Shown here: positions 25,234 through 32,740 of the stretch, one piece after another
Numbering within the stretch: position 1 is the first letter of the stretch
Layout: the number at the start of each line of letters is the position of its first letter
Notes under the pieces: generated by a model
What the model saw: the letters and a program-made list of their open reading frames with translations, nothing else
What the model was told of the DNA's origin: nothing
The model's database searches: none
Made by a program: the position numbers and the translations under genes
Assembly: GCA_032718475.1 (NCBI GenBank)
Contig: JAUCBJ010005795.1
Location: 1-32,740 of the forward strand
DNA from: Nemertoderma westbladi
Taxonomy: Eukaryota > Animalia > Xenacoelomorpha
Direction: 5' to 3'
Length of the DNA: 32,740 nt

Positions 25234-26294
25234 TGTTCGCGGTATTTCAACTTTTCCTAATGCGAGTTGAATATTTTTTGGATTTATTTAAAATGATTAT
25301 TCCGATATCACTACTGGGTGCGGGAACATGGGTTTTGGGCACATTTAATGGACTGGGGGCGATTTATGGGCAAATATTGGGGCGACTTACGTGGTACTGG
25401 ACTCATTTCATGTATATAAGGGCCAGGGGTGGGAGGCAAAGTTAAGCAGTATTCAGGTTTACCTGACTACTATTAGGCCTAGCCAACTTACTGCTGCCTG
25501 TAGAGGTGGATTTGGTAACTCGCTAGGTCTAAAGGACAAGGACTGCCCTTAGCGGTCCCTGGCCAACAGAAGTTATTACGAGCCCGAAAAGGACATCGGA
25601 AAGTCTGCTGCTTGTGTCAGGGATTTGCGACGGGAAACGACGACAGACCCCTAGCCAAGCCGTACTGGTTCCTGATGACCGATCCCTTCAGGGTTCGGGA
25701 GGGGTGGTACGGACACGCGAACGGGTCGACCGACTAACAGAGGAAGAGTTCGACGAGGACTGCCTTCCTGGAGTGGGTTCCACGACCGGCGTTAGTACGA
25801 GCCTGAATAAGGACTCGGAAAACCAACAACCGTTGGGGCTCACAACGGGCTGACAGACCCCTTGCCAAGCCGTACTGGTTCCTGACTGATCCCTTCGGGG
25901 TGAGGAAAGGGTGGGACGGACACGCAACGGGGTCGAAAGACAAAGGACTGGACTCTACTGGCCTACCGACTGTTCGGAGCAGTTTCTCGGCTGCCGAAGC
26001 GACTACGAGCCTGAATAAGGACTCGGAAAGCCGAGGTGGTTGGGTCTCTGCTATGAACCGACGGACCCCTAGCCAAGCCGTACTGGTTCCCGATGACCAA
26101 TCCCTTCGGGGTTTGGGAGGGGTGGTACGGATACGCGACAGGGTCTACCGACTGGAGCGACCCTTAGCCAAGCCGTGGTTCCTGATGACCGATCCCTTCG
26201 GTGTTCGGGAAGGGTGGTACGGACACGCAGCAACAGGGTCGACCGACACCGACACTACAGCACCAAGACTAGGACCGAGGGAAATCGGGGAACA
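25234..26294 (+). mobile_element. 3' LTR (~1.06 kb) of a Bel/Pao- or Gypsy-type retrotransposon
   Basis: Follows the PPT, has TGTTC...GAACA terminal inverted repeats and TATATAA at 25413-25419, and contains the hairpin array. Confidence 0.7.
25530..26245 (+). repeat. Structured hairpin array, copy 2
   Basis: Paralog of 7190-7892. Confidence 0.85.
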
Positions 26295-27191
26295 TTAGTT
26301 AGGCTAAAATCTGAGCGAACAGTGGGTAATTAAATAATATACTGTAGGGATTTATTTTGTCGTGTTATATTATTGTGAATATTTGGTGTATATTGGTTTG
26401 GGGAAGCCCAACTTATTCTCAATCAAGGTTCAACTGTAGGGAAGTTACATTAAAGAGTATATCCAACCAATGAAACTTTTCCTCAACCGCAATCTTGCAT
26501 TTAAGAACGTATTCCTTCTCCACTACCAATATCCGGTGACTGGCCGGGATTCCGTGGTCTGAAAAGTTCCGCCTCCAGCATCGGCGTTTTCCCCCATGGT
26601 GTCGGGAATAACGGCAACACATATAATAATTTTGTACCAAATGATCACCATTATTATTGTGTTGGTCTAACATACTTTATTAACGCTGTCTATCATGCTA
26701 CAGTATTATGTAAAACTTTGATGTATTACCTTTCTCTTATATCGTTATTTTGTTTGCAGAGTAAGTGAGATCACATCGCCAATAACAATATCAACCTAAC
26801 GTGGCACCTGATACGTATGAACAACCCGTTGATGGTTATTAATGGACTACCTTACTAACATTATCTCAAATATATTTGGTGAGTTAGGTCTTGTAGACAT
26901 TCATGGGGCCGTATTGTATGAAATAAGCAAGCTTAGCATACAGTACGGACACCGCAATTTTAACCTTTGCATAGTCACCCCCTAAAGGGAGCCTGGAGAA
27001 TACATATATTATTATTAGGTATATTATTATAGGTATATTATTTGACACATATTATTTTATATACAAATATCTATATTTCAGACGTTTGACATACTACATG
27101 CCTAGGGTAGGCCCTAATAACTTTAATTGTTATTGATGTTATTGTTAATTGTAAAAACATAATTAACACACACAAGGACTATTCCCCCCAT

Positions 27192-27473
27192 ATGGCAGAA
27201 AAGACTTCTTTTAACTTAACCTTGTCGAATACAACAGTCGTTGAAGAGCGCCAAGGTATAACACTACAAAATCAATCAGATTTAGACAAAATAAGACAAA
27301 ACAGGAGCCTAATTGTACAAACAGAGGTACCATCAATACCAATAGAATTCACAAGGAGACAGCAAACTCAACAATCAGTACCGTTAAGTTCAGCTTTTGA
27401 TGTTAACTCCTACGTAAAAATTAGAAAGGAAGGTAAAGAAAAGGGACAAAAGGAACAAGAGGAAGAAATCTGA
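27192..27473 (+). CDS. Small upstream viral ORF, 93 aa, function unknown (possible non-structural protein)
   Basis: The ATG lies directly after the predicted 22-nt segment 5' UTR. Hydrophilic, with a charged C-terminus. Confidence 0.5.
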   Translation: MAEKTSFNLTLSNTTVVEERQGITLQNQSDLDKIRQNRSLIVQTEVPSIPIEFTRRQQTQQSVPLSSAFDVNSYVKIRKEGKEKGQKEQEEEI

Positions 27474-27604
27474 AAGTGCTAAATCAAGCCAAGCAAAACC
27501 AAACGAATAACAAGTGACAGGTGATAGAAAACAGACAAGTGGATGATTAGGTTATCAACACAATCAGTAAACAGAACAGGTTTTGATTTTAAACAACAGG
27601 CATA

Positions 27605-30217
27605 ATGTTTAAGGTTTGTGTCTTATGCTTATTCATCAGTTTAACTGTATGTGGAAGTTCAGACATTCTAAGTAACGTACAGCACAAAAAACCCACTCTC
27701 GGATGGGAACCTGTGGTTGGAGTCGTTACCGCTATAACTGGATTAGGTGCAACTTTTGGTGACATGATAGCAAGGAAATTTAAAAAGATGACAAAATCAG
27801 AACGTAAGAAAGAAAAAATGATTGTAAAGAAGGGTCTCAAAAAAGTTGATTTCCAGAATATTGTAGAGGTTGATGGACACAAACACTGCAGTTGTGGTGA
27901 AGATCATTCTGACTGCACTGGTCATGTGATTATTGAAAATGGTGTACCTCCGCCTTTCTACAGGACTCACAGACAACACATTCATCCAAATGGTGTCATA
28001 ATAATCTGTTTGGTTTTATTAAGTGTCCACACTTCTAACTGTACATTAATCCTGCCCTCATCCCAAAGGACCATGGAGTCAACCAACAAAATCATCATTA
28101 TTAATGAGCAGATCAAGTACATAATTCCAAACATGGCACCAAGCAACAATGCCTTTCATGCAATGGCATGTCAGGAATTAATGTATTTGGACAAAGCAGC
28201 CGTGTCAAACTGCTCCTTAAAAATCAACCAACCAGTATTCACAAAACCAACTTTAATCAATTTTAGTTACATAATGAATCCCAAGACTGCAGTGGGTTGG
28301 ATATTAAAAAAAGCATCAAAACCACCAATTCATACATTCTGTTACCATGAAGGTGCCACATTGGAAGGAGTTTCATTGACAGATATAATCAGGATAAATG
28401 ACATGAATTGTATTGACCCAACTAAATTAATAATTAAATCTTCAGAAATATTAAACATAAAAAAGGCTGGTGCACTCAGAGAGGAAGTGTGCGCAGATTT
28501 AAAAATATCAGCTCACTTCATGGATTGTGGTGAAAAAATTATCAATCTTGATGACAGTGCTCAAGTTTCTGATCTCATATCATCTGTTAATCCTCAATTT
28601 GTTCTGAACATGAACAATTGCAATGTAAGAAACTGTATTCTAGTTCTGCCTGATGTAGGTCAGAAACTGAAGACAACCACTAGAAGAAAGTTAGACGATT
28701 CTATGGAAAAGAAAAAACATAAGAGGTCATATTATGAGGATAATGAAGACGGTCATTGTCTTACTTTTGCTTTAGGCGCAGGTTACACTTATTGCCACAA
28801 GATGGCAACTGATGAAGATGTGAAAAAGGCATTGGATAGGATGCAAGCTAATTATGACGCTAAAATAAAGACAGTTGTTCAAGAAAGTCAACAATCGTTT
28901 AATGAAATGTATGATCAAATGGATGAGTCATCAGATTATAATAAGATTCAAAGGGAGAAAATTGCTGAGCAACTTTTGAACACCAAAAATGAGATTGAGA
29001 GTGAATTAATATTGGCATTAAACAGAGATGTGGACATATGGAATTACATAAACACAAATATTTACATGACTTCAGCACTGTTAAAATTAAGTCAATTGGC
29101 GCAATCAAAAAAGATGGCATCATCCACTTTCCAAAATCGGTTAATTAGAACAAGGGAAATCATAAGTACTCACATGGCATGTGATAAGACTAGAGATTGT
29201 GATGACCTGTTGAACTTTGTTCAATCGGTGGGATACATATCGCAGCTTCAAAGTGTTAATTACAAATTCAATGTGAGTTCTTATTTAACAGATACTCACA
29301 TAAATGTCATTTATACTGTACCTGTGAGTCCAAAATTTGTTATACAAAATGTTCCATACAAACCTAGAATTAAAGTTGCAGAAGAATGCACTGAAGGGAT
29401 ATGTAATAAGTGCATTGAACAGTTTGAGGAGAAAGTTGACATAAGCATTAACATGCCTAATACTACAATTTTGGATGATATATATTTCACACCATTTAAG
29501 GTAAATAATTGTCATGAGAGTGATTCAACAAAGGAATATGTGATCAAAACTTCTAAGTTTTGTCATGTACTGACTGTGGATGGAATTTCCACTCAACCTT
29601 GTAGTGTAAATGATAACATTGAAATAAACCTTAACTTTAAATCTCCCATGATTGTGAAAGCAGGAGTCATAAAGTTAAATGATGTAAGCCTTAATGAAAC
29701 TGAAGAATTTATACAACTGAAGAATGTGTTGGCAGCAAGGAAATCATCCATGAATCAAAGGATGAATAGATTAGCATCAGAATTGTCTTTAACAACAACA
29801 TCGTCGATAAGAAGCGGTGAAACCAATGACACCTCCTTTCTCCTCTTGTGGATACTTGTAGGATTACTTTATTTGATTAGCACTTGTGTGATAATATGGA
29901 TGTGTTGTAGCATGAAACAAAAATGCTCTTCCTATAAACAAACAAAGAAAGCATATTTCACTAAATATGATGTGCGAGAACCTAACAAGGTGTTGATACA
30001 GAGGACACAGTCGCATAAACACACCAAATTAATTTCATCACATATGGAGTGTGCAGTGCATTCTGAAACACTCATTCAGATAGATCAAGATAACGGAGTC
30101 AATTACTTCCATTATGATTCTATCAGTATGTCAGTGCCAGAGAAATTTAAGATTGTTTCAGTTGAAGAATGCCACTGTCCTAATAGAGGGCAAGTGTCTC
30201 TAAATTACAAGGCTTGA
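27605..30217 (+). CDS. Viral envelope glycoprotein precursor, 870 aa, class I fusion-like
   Basis: Signal peptide, second signal-like segment (aa ~130-146), many N-x-S/T sites and Cys residues, polybasic site KKKHKR/S (aa 374/375), Cys-flanked hydrophobic loop CLTFALGAGYTYC, long helical heptad region, TM near aa 745-768 and a His/Cys-rich tail. Intronless and intact. Confidence 0.85.
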   Translation: MFKVCVLCLFISLTVCGSSDILSNVQHKKPTLGWEPVVGVVTAITGLGATFGDMIARKFKKMTKSERKKEKMIVKKGLKKVDFQNIVEVDGHKHCSCGEDHSDCTGHVIIENGVPPPFYRTHRQHIHPNGVIIICLVLLSVHTSNCTLILPSSQRTMESTNKIIIINEQIKYIIPNMAPSNNAFHAMACQELMYLDKAAVSNCSLKINQPVFTKPTLINFSYIMNPKTAVGWILKKASKPPIHTFCYHEGATLEGVSLTDIIRINDMNCIDPTKLIIKSSEILNIKKAGALREEVCADLKISAHFMDCGEKIINLDDSAQVSDLISSVNPQFVLNMNNCNVRNCILVLPDVGQKLKTTTRRKLDDSMEKKKHKRSYYEDNEDGHCLTFALGAGYTYCHKMATDEDVKKALDRMQANYDAKIKTVVQESQQSFNEMYDQMDESSDYNKIQREKIAEQLLNTKNEIESELILALNRDVDIWNYINTNIYMTSALLKLSQLAQSKKMASSTFQNRLIRTREIISTHMACDKTRDCDDLLNFVQSVGYISQLQSVNYKFNVSSYLTDTHINVIYTVPVSPKFVIQNVPYKPRIKVAEECTEGICNKCIEQFEEKVDISINMPNTTILDDIYFTPFKVNNCHESDSTKEYVIKTSKFCHVLTVDGISTQPCSVNDNIEINLNFKSPMIVKAGVIKLNDVSLNETEEFIQLKNVLAARKSSMNQRMNRLASELSLTTTSSIRSGETNDTSFLLLWILVGLLYLISTCVIIWMCCSMKQKCSSYKQTKKAYFTKYDVREPNKVLIQRTQSHKHTKLISSHMECAVHSETLIQIDQDNGVNYFHYDSISMSVPEKFKIVSVEECHCPNRGQVSLNYKA

Positions 30218-31009
30218 CTCAACATATTATAGTTGGCACTTATTATAAATCACCTCATAATGCTTAATATATAACACAACACCACATTAATCCTATTTAT
30301 CTTATAACCCGCTGCCCTCAACCATCAAACACACACACATCCGCCACACGAAGCGGGCGTGGCACAACAGCCCCCAAAAGACAGCTATCCAGTGAACGCC
30401 CCTGCAGTGCATCACCTTGTGTGTCGCATACTATCAAAGAACGATTTCATAATAATGATCCTATATAATAGATTGGGGGGAAGCATCCTCATTTTTATAT
30501 AATATAATTAATGAAAACTGGCTAACATATCGTTTTATTTATCTTATTGTTATTGACTATAGCCTTTACTAAATTAATTATTTATTTCAGAATTTAAGTG
30601 TTATACTCATCATCTTCGTAGATACGTGGTATATTAAGAAGATAACGGTTATACGGTATAAAGGTAATGGTTACAATGTGAGTAATATTGTGGGCGATGC
30701 ACAATCATCAATAACGTCATATTTAATTTATAAATTTCAATGTAGTTATGTAGTATTTACAAGTTTTCAGATAGGGGGGACATTCTACGCAATATAACTG
30801 CAGCCCTACCAAGAAGATACCTGTTCTATTGACTTTAGTTTATTGTTTTGGTTAGAATAACGTTCAACAGTAATATGCTCCTTTCCCTTGATTGAAACTT
30901 AAATTATAAAAACCGAGATATTAATTCACCGAGATCGGATGTCAGCAACAAAGATTCTGTTTGTTAATTATAAATGAATTGTTGTGGGGTGGGTGACGGC
31001 GAATTAAAT

Positions 31010-31293
31010 ATATGTTATAGTACATTATGATAATGCTCTCCATTGCGAAAAATATCGTTGAAGAAAAACGTTGTACTTTCCTATGAGTGACTGTAAAAGG
31101 CCTAAATATGAAGCCCACTCCATAGCGATTTAATCTTCTACCGCCCAGATGGTAGCTCAGTGGTCTTACTGTAGGACACACACTCGGCTGATGATAACCG
31201 GAAGTTTGAAACCTAGGTACCGGGTTCGAGCCCCAATAGGGGCGGTTGATATTTTTCGCTATGGAGAGCATTCTCATAATGTACTAAACATAT
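31010..31293. repeat. Inverted repeat enclosing the tRNA-like unit, copy 2
   Basis: Paralog of 9224-9506. Confidence 0.85.
31143..31244 (+). ncRNA. tRNA-like Pol III unit, copy 2
   Basis: Appears identical to 9356-9457. Confidence 0.65.
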
Positions 31294-32182
31294 TATATAA
31301 GATTTGTTTGTTTCCGTGTCAATGGCACAATATACCCGCAAACACAAAATATATTTCAGTGTGTTTTAAAAATTTGTTTAATTTAATTAAAAACATTAAG
31401 GGAAAGGAGCAGGTAACAGTGGCAGTGTTTTCTAACTAAAACAATAAACAACCTGCGAAGAGTGCTCACTATCTGCGATTTAAAATTTTGATTTAGAATA
31501 TACAATATTTCCTATGTTAATTTCATATCAAATGAGAGCCGTTATTAATTGTTGAGCCTACTTGATCTACTTCAATACTGGTGTCTATCGTGACTAGTTA
31601 ACTTTAAATATTTTTTATCTTTCTTATATATCTTTATTTTGTGCGCAGATTAAGTAAGTTCACAATAACAAGATCACCAATAACCAGATCAACTGTGCCT
31701 GATACGTTCAACACTGTGATAGTTATATTTATTGACTAAGCTGGCTTACGTTACTTATATTATCTCCAAATATATTTGCTGGTAAGTTAGTAGGCCTACC
31801 ACTATTTTAACTAATACCCTAGTCTCACACTTTCAGGAAACTGTATAACAGTCAAATTCCATTAAATACACCGCGACATGATTTATGACTAAGTACAGTA
31901 GAAAAAGGGGGGGGGGGCATTAACGAAAATCTCATCTCGGCGAATTAGTATCTCAACTCAATGTTAAATCATAATTTTAGGAAAAGTAGAAGGTTACAAT
32001 GTCATGTTTGAGTCGGGAAGACTTTTTAATTGTGTCGGAATTCCTATCATATGTATTTTTGATATTTTATTGTTATTATTATTTATCACCATTTTGTGTG
32101 CAGAGTAACTGAATTCGCAAATTCTCAATAGCAAGCAAATTCTCACAACCTGATGTTTGCCTAATGTCAACTCTGATGGATA

Positions 32183-32740
32183 ACAACACACTCATCCAAA
32201 TGGTGTCATAATAATCTGTTTGGTTTTATTAAGTGTCCACACTTCTAACTGTACATTAATCCTGCCCTCATCCCAAAGGACCATGGAGTCAACCAACAAA
32301 ATCATCATTATTAATGAGCAGATCAAGTACATAATTCCAAACATGGCACCAAGCAACAATGCCTTTCATGCAATGGCATGTCAGGAATTAATGTATTTGG
32401 ACAAAGCAGCCGTGTCAAACTGCTCCTTAAAAATCAACCAACCAGTATTCACAAAACCAACTTTAATCAATTTTAGTTACATAATGAATCCCAAGACTGC
32501 AGTGGGTTGGATATTAAAAAAAGCATCAAAACCACCAATTCATACATTCTGTTACCATGAAGGTGCCACATTGGAAGGAGTTTCATTGACAGATATAATC
32601 AGGATAAATGACATGAATTGTATTGACCCAACTAAATTAATAATTAAATCTTCAGAAATATTAAACATAAAAAAGGCTGGTGCACTCAGAGAGGCTTCAG
32701 AAATATTAAACATAAAAAAGGCTGGTGCACTCAGAGAGGA
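32183..32740 (+). pseudogene. Partial second copy of the viral glycoprotein gene (matches 27973-28484), with a 45-bp tandem duplication at the window end
   Basis: Near-identical to 27973-28484. cttcagaaat...cagagagg is repeated at 32650-32694 and 32695-32739. Confidence 0.9.

Larger units (their letters stand above)
27170..30489 (+). other. Endogenous viral element: near-complete glycoprotein (M-like) segment of a segmented negative-strand RNA virus (Bunyaviricetes-like)
   Basis: Begins ACACAAGGACTATTCCCCCCA and ends TGGGGGGAAGCATCCT (13/16 complementary). Absent from the paralogous site at 8760-8770 and flanked by the direct repeat attgttattga (27126-27136 and 30546-30556). Confidence 0.75.

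Noticed and set aside
27605-30217. Retroviral or errantiviral env, or a host gene
   Set aside because: No adjacent pol, PPT or LTR within the insert, no introns, absent from the paralogous site, and bounded by panhandle-like ends. Not formally excluded without a homology search.

Overview
AT-rich eukaryotic (probably invertebrate) repeat-dense DNA with no intact host gene. It is a mosaic of decayed transposon fragments (OTU-protease/Helitron-like element, non-LTR RT, piggyBac, P/THAP9, hAT, and the 3' end of an LTR element with an exonuclease/zinc-knuckle accessory ORF) plus two endogenous viral elements. One is a decayed chuvirus-type (class III) glycoprotein gene. The other is an apparently near-complete 3.3 kb segment of a negative-strand RNA virus (27170-30489) with panhandle-like complementary ends and an intact 870-aa glycoprotein that looks like a class I fusion protein. 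It lies between 11-bp direct repeats, and the matching empty site is visible in a paralogous copy at 8760-8770. All recognisable TE and viral coding fragments face the + strand, which suggests a uni-strand piRNA-cluster-like trap locus. Recent segmental duplications reshuffle the modules. The LTR carries a tandem array of covarying hairpins with a kink-turn-like motif and a UUCG loop, and an unusual tRNA-like Pol III unit sits inside a 46-bp inverted repeat. All family assignments are from motif recognition by eye, with no database search.
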